Assembly: GCA_030704615.1 (NCBI GenBank)
Contig: CM060731.1
Location: 24,800,001-24,864,000 of the forward strand
Length of the DNA: 64,000 nt
Source: Takakia lepidozioides
Lineage: Eukaryota; Plantae; Bryophyta
Direction of reading: 5' to 3'
Each line of letters starts with the position of its first letter. The first letter of the stretch is position 1. A program made the position numbers and the translations under genes. Positions 37,690 through 50,600 of the stretch are shown one piece after another. Below the pieces are notes generated by a model. The model made no database searches and was not told where the DNA came from. It was given only the letters and a program-made list of their open reading frames with translations.

Positions 37690-40446
37690 ATGTCATCCAT
37701 ATCCTGGAAAACAGTGACCAGTACGGCTGCGTTGGACAGTCGATCGACTTTAACTGACAGTTTTCTGGCTTCTACAAGTTGCTCCGGTAATTGGTCGGCG
37801 AGAGACAGAGTGATGATGGCTACGAGCAGAGATGATTTCGGTTTCGAGTGCTTGAAGGGAGAGGGTCGAGCGACAGTGAAAGGGAGACGGAAAGGAGATG
37901 TGCGCGCTATGGCGACGGTGATGCCTGAGCAGACAGACAATGGCACGGGTGTGAAGACTGACGAGTATAATATGATGATGCAACGGCAAATGAAGAATCC
38001 CTACGAATATCACCATGAACTTGGTATGCATCTTCACTCCTTTCTTAACAACTTTTTAACTGACCACTCCGCGGTCAACTAAGAATCCTGGTACACATAG
38101 GAAGGCCAAGTCAGTATGTCAAGATCCAACTTTGAAAATACTATGCCACTTTTTCAATTAAATGAAACCACTATCATTTGTAACGTTCTTGCTGAAAGAA
38201 CATAATGCATAATGGAATAGTGAAGGGGGAAGGAAACAAAGGATTTGAGATTCATGCAAGAAAAGACGGATTTACGATTTCCTAATTCTGACCAGTCAGT
38301 TTGCATTATGAAAGTAGCCCTGCGATGAATGCATACAATATGCTATCCACGGACTTGACCAGGTTATCTGGCCCGGCAGTTGGGCTGCACAGAACAGAGT
38401 GCAATGGGGTGTACAGGCAGTAGAAGTATTGACTAGTTAGTGTACCAAAGGCTACAAGAGAACAGGCGACACTACATCAGATCACACAATCACACTATGA
38501 GGTAGTAGCCAAAAAGTGGATCAGACAGAAGATGGAAGAAACACTTGAGTCAGAGGTACAAAGACCACAGGGTGTCCTAGCCTAGGAAGTGAGCTTGCAA
38601 TAACCTGAATTGCTGGTAGACTAGAAAGAAAAACCTGCAATACGTCACAGCAGAGCCCTTGGGAGTCAATTGTGAGAATGGTCATCCCCTATGTCAGTGA
38701 CCCAGGGTTTGGGTGCTGTATCAAGGCATGGGCTGTGAAATGTTCTTGTCTTCACTAATTTAGTAATGGCAGTCTTTGGTGTGTATAATATGTTCTCTTT
38801 CTGATCTTTGGTTCCATTAGCTGTTTGTTTTTGGTATGGAATACAGCGCTTTTTATCATTCTATGCACATGCAGGTTCTGCCTGCTATTTCTAATGATTG
38901 AAATGGTCAAATTGTTGCATTGTGTGATTGGACTTGAAGAAACAAGGCTGCAGTTGTGACTGTTTGTTTCCTTTTGGTAATGCTACTTGATTTCTTTCCG
39001 TCCTCTTCCTGATCTGTCGTGAGATAAGTTCACAGCTTTTTCCTGCCTGAGAGCAATTTTCTGGATTTGATTTCCTTGTTTCAGTTTCCTTTCAAATACA
39101 AGTCTGGAGTTTACTCTGCACTACAGCATATGATATCTGATTCCTATGGGGTTGATGGCAGGGATGTATTACACTCGCATCACCGATTATGTCGTTGTTG
39201 GGTCACAGCCACAAACCAAGGACGACATTGACAGGTTGTACCATGCTGAAGGAGTAAAGGCGATTCTAAACTTACAGCAAGACAAGGACATTGAATACTG
39301 GGGCATTGATTTTCAGTCCATTCTTAGGCGATGTGAAGAGCTAGGCATTTGGCACATGCGGAGGCCAGTGAGTCTCTCTCTCTCCCCCTTCATCGAGAGT
39401 CAGCATAGAGAGACATGTCAAGATGAAGAGGGTGTAGATACTGCATTATGTGCACAAACTAGATTCTCTTTTTAAAGAAATATCTTCTGGGCCTCATGAC
39501 CAAGCATGGGTGTTGGGGTGACAGGCTAGAGACTTTGATCCTCAATCGCTGAGGCAGGAGCTTCCAAGAGCAGTCGCAGCTTTAGAATGGGCGGTATCAC
39601 AGGGTAAAACCATTTATGTGCACTGCACAGCAGGCCTGGGCCGTGCACCAGCAGTTGCGATTGCTTACCTTTTCTGGTTCCAGGACATGGATGTGAGTTT
39701 CTGAGATCACACACACCTCTCCTACCACCAACCTGCTCTGTGCCACTCTTTCCCTTTTTCTCTTCATGTAGCATGAAGCAATCGAGTTCCAAGCTGTAGT
39801 GCTGCATTCATTTATTGTGAGTGGAAAAAGGTGGGTGGCACTGCCACAAATCACACAATTTTGAGTCTCTGATAAAGTATGTACAATAAGCTTGAGCTTT
39901 AAGAGGGTCATCTCAGCAAATTTTGGTTTGATGCAAAGGTGTCTACAATGTGAAAATTGGTGGTCATGTGGTACGGTGAAACGTGACAGCAGACTAGCAT
40001 TCAGCCCTCATCTTTCTCATCTCTCTGTCGTCTGCTGGTTGGTGTGGCATCCACCCTTAAGTACCTGCTGAAACTTACATGCAATTTAGAGGGCTGGTTG
40101 AGTCGACATTGTTGGGATGGTTCCAATGCTAATATTCCTAGTATCCACTTCATCTTTGCCGTCAGGAAGTGGCAGCACAAGCGGAGAGGCAATGAATGGA
40201 ACTTTCTGCAATTGGACTGATGGAGTGGTTCTGGAACTGCAGATGGATACGGCATACAATTTCTTAACATCTAAGCGTCCATGTGGCCCCAAGAAGGAAG
40301 CTATTCGGGGGGCGACTTATGACCTTGCCAAAAATGATCCATGGAAGGAATCGTTCGAACAGCTACCTGATGATGCCTTCACAGGTGTGGCCCCATGGGA
40401 GAGACAACTCATCCAAGAAAGAGTGCATGGTCTTCGTGGACAGTAG
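37690..40446 (+). CDS. LSF2: Phosphoglucan phosphatase LSF2 (chloroplast dual-specificity phosphatase), 4 exons
   Basis: Exons 37690-38023 (NPYEYHHELG), 39162-39367 (VGSQPQ..AILNLQQDKDIEYWGID), 39525-39692 (HCTAGLGRAP catalytic loop) and 40243-40446 (SKRPCGPKKEAIRGATYDLAKNDPWKE). No CBM. Confidence 0.95.
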
Positions 40447-41049
40447 ACCTCGCGGTTGGATGTAGATTTCAGTTTCAGGCAATCGGCATTTCATAGTTGT
40501 ATATTACAAACGTCCATAACATCTTTGTGCTGAAACAAGCATATCAACCTCTCTGAAAAGCATTAATTCAGAAATCTGACAACCAACATTTAAGATATGA
40601 AGTCAATTGAAGGTATTCAGGTAACGTCCACAATGGGATCCAGCCTGACCTCTGGAATCTTTACAGCAGTACAGAAATCTGCTGCTAGCCATCTTAGCTA
40701 ACTATACAGCAGAGAAAAATCTGTTTCCAAGTGTAAGCAAGCTCTTGACGATTGTACCTCAAAAAAACTGCAGAATGCACGCGGTTTCCACAAAGAAGGG
40801 TGGCTACTATGCAACTTCGTTTTCTCTCTTTTGTTTCTCGGTAATGGATATTTCATTATCACTTAAAGCTTGGACCTCTTGTAGTATAGTTGGTTGCAGT
40901 GTCCCTCATATATTGTTTTTCCCTCAGCGCAGGTGTCCTCTTCTTGCTGGTGACAATTTTGGTATGGGGCTATGGCTTTCTGGCATTAACAGTTCCCAAT
41001 GTACACTATGATGTTCAAGTTGATCTTTAGTGGCAGTAAGAAGGGTGAG

Positions 41050-41590
41050 AAGGGTTATGAGCCTCAACAGTTGAATGTCATATGCGAGGTTCACGCAGAT
41101 GTCAAATACTTCGAACCGGAAGTGACACTGATTGTGGCTTTTCCACAGGTCCAATTACGCATGTGGGACATGGAAAATCAACTGCGATAAAGGCATTCTC
41201 TGGTGTGCAGATAGAGAGCTCCATCAGTCAACTTATGTAGCGCAAGTTGTTATCGTGAATGGAGTCAATTCGTCTTTTGATGTATTACTTGCATGGAATC
41301 TTGGTCTCATGTCCTTGTGAGGCCCACCACTCCACGCGATGGGCAGCCGCCTCATATAACCTATTATGGCTCAATACAGTATAGCTCCCACTCTTTGCTA
41401 TTTGCCAGGTGAGGTCTCTATTAGGTCTTCAGGGAGTTGGGTAGAAAAGGCTACAGTTCTGTTGGAAACGATTAGTTGTGTTATGGCTCTGGGTTAATCT
41501 GGTTGGCTCACTTTGCATTGGCTGAATGTTTCCTTGGGATGCAGACTGTGCGCTTCAAGAATGAGCCCGAGAGTCCTGTTACTATCGATC
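41050..41590 (+). pseudogene. eIF2G: eIF2-gamma N-terminal gene fragment (degenerate, with intron remnants)
   Basis: GPITHVGHGKSTAIKAFSGVQ (~41149-41210) and TVRFKNE (41545) match eIF2-gamma [25 protein letters not shown]; the rest of the gene is absent. Confidence 0.75.
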
Positions 41591-42285
41591 GGCAAGTGAT
41601 AAAAGAGGCCCGGGAGTTGAATGCTGCCTCAGCGGGCCTGCCCGCCCTCCGCCTCGACCCCTCCTAAGTGGCGCTGCAGCGGCCCGCAGTCGCCGCGCCA
41701 GGCAACCCCCTCCCGCTCCACCCGCCACCCCCGCGCCGGGTCTCTTGCTCGTCAAAACACTGCCACACATTGAACTCAGTGTTACTGTACTGCACGCATC
41801 CATCATGCATGTCCCATGAATGCAACAAATACATCCATCACATCATGACCTTGCCATCATACAGTCTTGTATGTGTTCACATGCCTCCTCATACAAACAT
41901 GTTGGAGACCAGTGAACAGAAATTTGAACCCTACCTAGAGCATAGACACACATATTGGAGATCGTGAACATTCAAATTTGAAATTTGAAATTTGAAACAA
42001 CATTGAATGTACCACCAAAACGAATGGACATCGTTTAGAGGATGTTTGTTGTCATCGAGGTGATTGACCACTTGTCCCTAGTGTCTTCGTCCTCTCATTC
42101 TCTGTCTCCGAAATTGGGGACTCGCCATTGTGTCACGAATTTTCACAGAGTACGTTGTGCTTTCTGTGCATGCTTCGACTTGCTTCCCGAGAGACATGTC
42201 TGCAAATGAGGTGAAGGAGGTGAAGCAAAACCCAGAGAAATACGTATACAATCATGTTTGTCACCTCTTGACATTTCCTTTACTC

Positions 42286-42600
42286 GATTTATAGATGGCT
42301 GCACGTCCCTTTCATAAACCTGCATCTCAGAACTTGGGATTCGAATACAAGCATTTCATTTCTGCCCTTACAAATTTGCTGGAAGTATTGTTTCATTTAA
42401 CTGTTTCCAGTAACGGTCATGTGTAGGGTCCAACGAGTGTTTTTGGCAACAGTTTCCTCAGTCAGTCGATTCATAGATGGCTGCACAACCCTCTCATATA
42501 TCTACATCTAAGAACATGGGGTTCTCCTAGAAGTATACATCAGTTTTCATTGTAGTTTGCTGCAAGTACTGTTTCCTTGAAGTGTTTAAGGTAATCTTGT
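42286..42600. repeat. Old direct duplication, period ~182 bp
   Basis: atagatggctgcac..ccct.tcata.a.ct.catct.agaac.tggg at ~42291 and ~42473, with continuing similarity (tttgctg.aagta.tgtttc). Confidence 0.7.
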
Positions 42601-43581
42601 TTAGGTTTGAAGGATTGTTTTGAATTCACTGTTTCATGTGTATGTATACAGTACCAGTAATCGAGTTCCATGGCGCCCCCTTCTTCCATGACTCTTTCAG
42701 GCGGTTACTCTTTCAGCCAAGAAGTTGAAACCACGACCTCCGAAGAAAAGGGAGAAAGGCAAGAGTGGTGACATCCGCCAAGGAGCAAAAAGAGAGCAAG
42801 AAGTAATAATTGCCTATTCTTTGGACCTTACAGCTAGGACATATCTGTGTCTGATGTAACCCCTCTTGAAGTTGGTTGTGGGGTTCTTACCCAGTAGGTG
42901 TGAATTCAACTAGACGTACCAGAACTGTCTTGCACAGGCAGTGCCAATTTGTTTAGAGGGCTGATGTAATGGTAAATATTGTATTGTACTAGGAGGAAAT
43001 ATGGTCGAGGATCCGCACCCTTGTGACCAGTTTGTTCATTTCTGTTGTTTTGGATAATGTGTTATTTGTGAGTGGGATCAATTGACTGTGCAGAACATCT
43101 ATGGGCTAGAGAAGGGGGTGATGCCTCTGGTTGGATATCTTGGTGCTTTCAAATATGTTTGAGTTCGTGAAGTACAGCCGCCGGAAGCAAATTGTTTGAG
43201 GGTAATCTAGTTTCCCTTATGCATACACATGTAGGATATTATGAGTGCTTGGTTTAAGAGGTTACATTTGACTTTTGGTGATTTGTGATACAGGAGACGC
43301 CATGCCACTGGGCTTGTTGTGGCTATTATAAAAGGCTAAGGGAAGTATCTATTCCTTTTTGTTGGGTGCATATCCATCCACTAGATTTCAAGATCAGGAG
43401 CATCAAGGAGATACTGTGGGTTGATAGCGACAAAGAATGTGCGTCAACAGATGGTCGGTTGGAGAATCTGCAAGTAACCAGGGGGTAGTCTGTGGCAAGG
43501 CGTGGTGGATGGGGATTGTCAGGACATTTCCAGTATGACACTCCCTCATTTGCTAGGTGCAAAGATGTCTCCTTAGTTGTC

Positions 43582-46110
43582 ATTCAACCTACCAGAATGG
43601 CCCTATGTGCAATATTTTCACAACAAGAAACAATCACAAAGGGGGGCTCAAACAGTGTGCGCTGCCGCACACTGTTTGAGCTTCCAATAAAGGGTGGATT
43701 CAACCTACCAGAGTGGCCCTGTTTGGCCCAATTTCACATCAAAAAACAAGCAGAGAGGGGGCTCAAAACAGTGTGTGTTGCCGCACACTGTTTGAGCTTC
43801 CAATAAGTGTTGGATTCAACCTGCCAGAGTGGCCCTAAGTGCCCGATTTTCACATCAAAAAACAAGCGGATAGGGGGCTCAAAACAGTGTGCTTTGCCGC
43901 ACATTGTTTTAGCTTCGAATAAGGGTTGGATTCAACCTGCCAGAGTGGCCCTCACAAGCCCGATTTTCACATCAAAAAACAAGCAAAAAGAGGGCTCAAA
44001 CAGTGTGCGTTGCCGCACACTGTTTGAGCTTCCAATTCGGGGTGGATTCAACCTACCAGAATGGCCCTATGTGCAATATTTTCACAACAAGAAACAATCA
44101 CAAAGGGGGGCTCAAACAGTGTGCGTTGCAGCTTCCAATAAAGGGTGGATTCAACCTGCCAGAGTGGCCATGTTTGGACCAATTTCACATCAAAAAACAA
44201 GCAGAGAGGGGGCTCAAAACAGTGTGTGTTGCCGCATACTGTTTGAGCTTCCAATAAGTGTTGGATTCAACCTGCCAGAGTGGCCCTAGGTGCCCGATTT
44301 TCACATCAAAAAACAAGCGGAGAGGGGGCTCAAAACAGTGTGCTTTGCTGCACATTGTTTTAGCTTCGAATAAGGGTTGGATTCAACCTGCCAAAGTGGC
44401 CCTCACAAGCCCGATTTTCACATCAAAAAACAAGCAAAAAGGGGGCTCAAACAGTGTGCGTTGCCGCACACTGTTTGAGCTTCCAATAAGAGGTGATTTG
44501 AACATGGCATAGTGGCCATGTTTGGACCAATTTCACATCAAAAAACAGGCAGTGAAGGGGGCACAAACAGTGTGCGTTGCCGCACACTGTTTGAGCTTCC
44601 AATTCAGGGTAGAGTCAACCTGCCAGAGTGGCCCTAGGTGCCCGAATTTCACATCAAAAAACAAGCAAATAAGGGGGCTCAAACAGTGTGCGTTGCCGCA
44701 CACTGTTTGAGCTTCCAATAAAGGTTGGATTCAACCTGCCAGAGTGGCCCTATTTGGCCCAATTTCACATTTAAAAACAAGCAGAGAGGGGGCTCAAAAC
44801 AGTGTGCGTTGCCGCACACTGTTTGAGCTTCCAATTCGGGGTGGATTCAACCTGCCAGAGTGGCCCTATGTGCAATATTTTCACAACAAGAAACAATCAC
44901 AAAGGGGGGCTCAAACAATGTGCGTTGCCGCACACTGTTTTGAGCTTCCAATAAAGGGTGGATTCAACCTGCCAGAGTGGCCCTGTTTGGCCCAATTTCA
45001 CATCAAAAAACAAGCAGAGAGGGGGCTCAAAACAGTGTTTGAGCTTCCAATAAGTGTTGGATTCAACCTGCCAGAGTGGCCCTAGGTGCCCGATTTTCAC
45101 ATCAAAAAACAAGCGGAGAGGGGGCTCAAAATAGTGTGCTTTGCCGCACATTGTTTTAGCTTCGAATAAGGGTTGGATTCAACCAGCCAGAGTGGCCCTC
45201 ACAAGCCCGATTTTCACATCAAAAAACAAGCAAAAAGGGGGCTCAAACAGTGTGCGTTGCCGCACACTGTTTGAGCTTCCAATAAGGGGTGATTTGAACA
45301 TGGCATAGTGGCACTGAGTGGCCGATTTTCAAATCAAAAAATAGGCAGTGAAGGGGGCACAAACAATGTGCGTTGCCGCACACTGTTTGAGCTTCCAATT
45401 CAGGGTGGAGTCAACCTGCCAAAGTGGCCCTAGGTGCCCGATTTTCACATCAAAAAACAAGCAAAAAAGGGGGCTCAAACAGTGTGCGTTGCCGCACACT
45501 GGTTGAGCTTCCAATAATGGGTGGATTGAACCTGCCAGAGTGGCCCTATGTGCAATATTTTCACAACAAAAAATATTCACAAAGGGGGGCTCAAGTGTGC
45601 GTTGCCGCACACTGTTTGAGCTTCCAATAAGGGTTGGATTCAACCTGCCAGAGTGGCCCTGTTTGGCCCAATTTCACATCAAAAAACAAGGAGAGAGGGG
45701 GCTCAAAACAGTAGGCGTTGCCGCACACTGTTTGAGCTTCCAATTCGGGGTGGATTCAACCTTCCAGAGTGGCCCTATGTGGCCTATTTTCAGATAAAAA
45801 AACAATCACAAAAGGGGGCTCAATCAGTGTGCGTTGCGGCACACTGTTTGAGCTTCCAATAAGGGTTGTATTCAACCTGCCAGAGTGGCCCTAGGGGCCC
45901 GATTTTCATGTCAAAAAACAAGCAGAGAGGGGGCTCCAAAACAGTGTGCGTTGCCGCACACTGTTTGAGCTTCCAATTCGGGGTGGATTCAACCTGCCAG
46001 AGTGGCCCTATGTGGCCTATTTTCACATCAAAAAACAAGCACAAAGGGGGCACAAGCAGTCAACGCACACTGTTTGAGCTGCCTGCTAAGTGTGGATTGA
46101 ACCTCACAGA
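43582..46110 (+). repeat. Satellite-like array 1: ~22 monomers of ~116 bp, each with a 16-bp-arm palindrome; higher-order structure
   Basis: cttc(c/g)aat recurs at 43681, 43797, ~43913, 44030 and onward. Monomer: GGATTCAACCTGCCAGAGTGGCCC-var-TTTCACATCAAAAAACAAGC-var-GGGGGCTCAAACAGTGTGCGTTGCCGCACACTGTTTGAGCTTCCAAT. Confidence 0.97.
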
Positions 46111-46924
46111 GATGCCATATGTGGGCATGGAGTGTGGACACTGCTGCAACACAATTGCCATCACAATTTTTGTGATGACCCATAGATATAGAAACAGAAA
46201 GCTCCCTGTGTATATGAAACGAGGCAGTACCAACAAGTGTGTGCCAGAAAATCAACAACTTGTTATTATTCATGCTTGAGCAGTTGAGGAGAAATACTAT
46301 TCCCTTTCACATGTACACGCCACAATTTACACTTTGCAAACTCCCTTTGCATCCTCAATGCTGCCACATTTGGCATACATGCCCACCAGGTACAATTCCG
46401 GCTTTGATGATGTCACCATGGACCTCTTTGCCCTTTTCCAGGGCTGCCAGGCTTGCACAAGCACAACATAATCACTGGGGTCAGAAAAGTATTCATTCCA
46501 GACCTAAACTCTATCCCTGCTCCTTCAGCTATCCACGTTGTGCACAAATCATGCATACATCCTTGCCTTGCTGCTAGCAGCTGACAATGACAACCTAGAT
46601 TTGTTCTAGTAAACACCCCAACCCTACTTATCACACTAGTTCCTATGCTGATTTGCGCTTCCAACATGCATTCATCTTTTTGCCTCGATTGTTCCACCCT
46701 TGATTGTGGTCAGAAACATATTTATTCCAGAGCTTCTCTTCGTCTTTGTTATCTGTTCTTCGATACTTTCTTGTTGCCACATTGGCAGTAACATGTCAAA
46801 ATCACTCCAAAACCACCATAGATCCACCAACGAGCTAACTTGCAGGATTCAACCTGAAAATTTAGGGAGTCTGCTAACAGGGAAAAACAGGCTGAAATGT
46901 GTTGAAGAAGGTGCCTTCATTAGC

Positions 46925-47100
46925 AGTGCCTAGTTTTATCAATTGTGCTGCTGCGCTGCTGTTTCCAGTTGACGCTGGTTTCATGTAGCTATTGATCCAC
47001 AGGGATCAGAAGCATTCCTACCACACCCATGCTTGGTAAATCCTGCCAACACTATATTCCACGTGATCAAAGATCGTTGAGGCATTATGCTGAACACTTG
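46925..47100 (-). pseudogene. PLS-class PPR gene fragment
   Basis: QVFSIMPQRSLITWNIVLAGFTKHG on the minus strand; degenerate. Confidence 0.6.
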
Positions 47101-47311
47101 ATTATACTAAATTGTCGGGTAAGGATTCTGAAACCCTAGATTCAAACCAGCAAATGGGCACTCAATAAATCCCACAAGGCCCTAGCCAGGGAATGAATTT
47201 TGCAGCAAGTATAGACTTGTCAGTTTAAGGATATCCATAGGAAAGAATCACTTAATTCCACCTGAAATATTCTACCCAAGATGAGAGAGAGAGAGAGAGA
47301 GAGAGAGAAAC

Positions 47312-47422
47312 CTTTTCAGCACTGATGCAATACATCTCTCGGAGCAATGCCATAATAAGGGTTTTCTTGCCTGCTCCAATGGGACCATAGAACAGCAAGT
47401 GTGGACAATCTCCATGTGCTGT
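47312..47422 (-). pseudogene. RFC3: Isolated exon of replication factor C subunit 3 (38-kDa type)
   Basis: AG|TAHGDCPHLLFYGPIGAGKKTLIMALLREMYCISAEK|GT, with Walker A; no other exons found nearby. Confidence 0.75.
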
Positions 47423-47693
47423 CTGTCGACCACACAAAGAACATCATTCATCTCTTTCTCCCTCAACACACTCTCTACAGATTCCCATTGTTTGGCATAG
47501 GCCTTGTGAGACCCAAACTGTTTTGCAGGCCCTGAAGCAGCGTAGCTACGGCGTGATGAGCCCAGCCCCGTGAGCCTGGGAGCTGAGCTCACGTTGTAGT
47601 TGCAAAGTGTGAGCTGAGCTCGCGCTTCAAGGAAGCGTGAGCGGCACAAATCTGCTGGAGAAGCAGGTCCTATAGGCGAGGATTGCAGGAAGA

Positions 47694-50600
47694 GGGCCTA
47701 TTACCGTGGACAAAACAAAGGGGGCCACCATGCACCATGTCTGCAATGCCTGCACAAAAAGAGGAATATGAAAATATGGCAGATTTGAGCTCAGAATGAT
47801 TGACACACTTTATTTCAATTCACAGATAGACGCTTACAATGAATGTCATGTGCATTTGCCTTGGTTCCGTGAACAAAATGTATGTGTTTGTCCTAAATGC
47901 AAAGTCTTCACACGATAACCTGGATACTAGCATGGGAAGCGGGCATGGCTTGTATGTGTTCAAAGAGAATCTGGCGGAGCCCTACGTGAGGTGTCCCACT
48001 GCAGAAGGGTGATGACTTCTCCGTAGCCTAGTGTGGCTTGGTGGATGAATTGGTCTCTCTTACCGTCACAACACATAATTACAAGGTACATGTAATATTG
48101 ATGCTTGAACAGGAAACCCACTTCCCTCTCATGCCGAGAGCGCCCTCACGCATCGTTACAAAATCCGGACAAGTGCACGTAGGGAAATTCCCCAAGGTAA
48201 CCTGATATTCTTTGTCATGAAGAACTGAGCCAATAGACAGCACTGTGTAAATCCGTCCATACCTCGGGGCAAGGACTTCGGTGATACAAGTCACCCGAGC
48301 TAGCAAAATTCTAGCCGATTCCATCTTGCAGTCGTGATCTGCACCCAAAGCGACACGGCGCACTGTTTTTCCATCTCTTTTTGTTGGGTGGGAGTCGGCA
48401 CCTGGTGGAGGCATTGCCAAAGCATGTGGCACATCTATGCCCACAGTGCATGAGGGCACCACCCGGGACCGTGCAAGACGGAACCCTCCCTCCTCCAGCA
48501 TGCTTATCTCGGTTGATGACAACGACGTCCCAAGTTTCACAGGCCAAATTGCGGGGGGAGGAGGCTTCATTATCACCGAAGGACGAACTGTTCCATTGAC
48601 GCATCGTGCCATATCATCTGGGCAGAACCAGAACTTGTGGTCCTTTGACTCCCCACTATGATAAGGTCGGAACAACCCTGTGAATGTTGGAGCTGGAGTC
48701 CCCCTAGAGCCTTTGCATATTTTTTATTTGCATTTCTTGAAAGAGGGGGTCTGAATTGCCATGCAAGCCACTCTAGATCCTGGTGGGGTGCGTTCTATAT
48801 GCCACTCACTGTCAATGCAATCAGATTCATGCACCAATGACACAACCTCCTCCAATGGGATTCCTGCTGCTGTGCTTGCATGATCTGCACCTGCTCCACT
48901 GGAAGAGGACCCACCTGGGAAGGGGCGGGCACACGACTTAGTCTGCACCGGAGACACATTTGGTACAAAGAAATTGACCCTGTCCGGCCGATGGGAATCT
49001 CCATCCGACCCTGGAGGAGTGTTCAATTTCCTTTTGCTTGATCCAAATCTTTCATCGCCTTCCCAATGGGGGACCCTGGATTGCAAAGGGGAGCCTTCAG
49101 TGCACCTGTTCAGAGCTCTGGCCATCTTCGATGGGTCTCCGGACCTACTCGCACCCCTTAGCATCAACAAAGTCGTATCAGGGCCCTTGCCTCCGCCCCG
49201 TCCCATCAGAAAATTGCGGTATCTGGTTTGTTGTGTAAGTGCCCGCACCATGTTATCAGCAGTGGCCACATACAAGTCACGTCCTGCTTTGGTAGACTGC
49301 TGCATCCACGCGTTGTGAACAGTCTCCACCAAATTACAGGATGGCATGTCGGCCAAGTCCTCCAAGGATATGTCCTGCAGGAGGCATTGCATGCAAATGT
49401 GAGGAACGAAAGGAAATTGAAGAGGTTCTGCAAGTGACAATCCAACAACCCCAAACGAACAGGCACGATGCAAAGTGAAATTTGTGTTTCTGGGATTGAA
49501 GAGGCTTACCGTCGTCATGAAAGCTCCCCACTGTCTGTACCTGAAGTGCCAGAAAACCAACCAGTCCTCCAACTCCTTCAGGTGGATACCAGTAGCAGCA
49601 CCAGAGGAGAACCACCAAGCCCGGATTGCTTGGTAAGTGCTCTCAGCTTCTCCCATTGAGGTGGCATTTTTGTACTTGAGGCACAGCCTTCTGTGCTCCA
49701 ACTGGAGGTCAGGGCGAATGCAGCGCTTTGTATGATGTGCCAAAGATTGACTCCAATGGAAGAGGCATGTGCGCTCCCTATTTTCCATTGGGACCTTAGG
49801 ATCCCCCGAACCAAACACGCGCCGCACTGCATTGAAATTTGCCTGTGCACTATCAGCCATGAAGCCCACAAAATTTGTGTTTTGCATTCCATTGTGCTTC
49901 ATGACGGCCAGGAGCGAATTCCACATGAGCATCTGGGATTCAGTGTCCTCCGACTGCATATCATAAATTGCTATGGAGAGCACACGCTGGTACGTTGGAT
50001 CATACACATGGCACGCCATGGTTGTCCAACCCTTCACCCGTTTGCAGTGATCAAACATTAACCAACATTTAGCCAAATCTCCTCCAGGTTGCATTCGGCG
50101 GACTATGCTCACACCATTGCCTTTGCCACACTGTGGACATCTTGAAAAAATACACCTTGGACGAGCCCTAGCCAGGGAAGATACCGTTTTGAGTGAATTC
50201 ATAGCGACTCCTCATTTTGAGGTCCATAATGTTGTCCATGAATCCAGCACTGCCTGTGCCCATTCTAAGTGCATTCACCTGGTTTCGAATATTGGGAGAG
50301 CTCAACACGGAGAAATGGTCCATCACTGCATCAAACGAATCTGCATCCAGCATTGGTTGTATCACATCCCCTTCACCCATTATGTATTTTTCCAGGAATG
50401 TCTTGCTAGCTGCAAGCGCTATAGCAAAATGTGTTGCAGAAGGGGCATTGTGGAACTCCTGCTTCAGCAGATTTCTAGCGATGTCCACGCTATCCCTGCA
50501 ACTTCCTTTTGACATAGGATGCTCGTGTGTACCCATATGAATGCAGGCACAAGTCATTGTCTTGCGTCGGTGTGCCACCTGGTACATACGAGTGTGGCAC

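Noticed and set aside
43582-46110. CRISPR array (36-bp palindromic repeat at regular spacing)
   Set aside because: The intervening ~80 bp are homologous to each other rather than unique spacers; there are no cas genes; the context is eukaryotic.
43492-46279. Many ORFs with CRTLFELPIRGGFNLPEWP repeats (also 60529-63270)
   Set aside because: These are translations of a non-triplet ~116-bp satellite; frames shift every unit.
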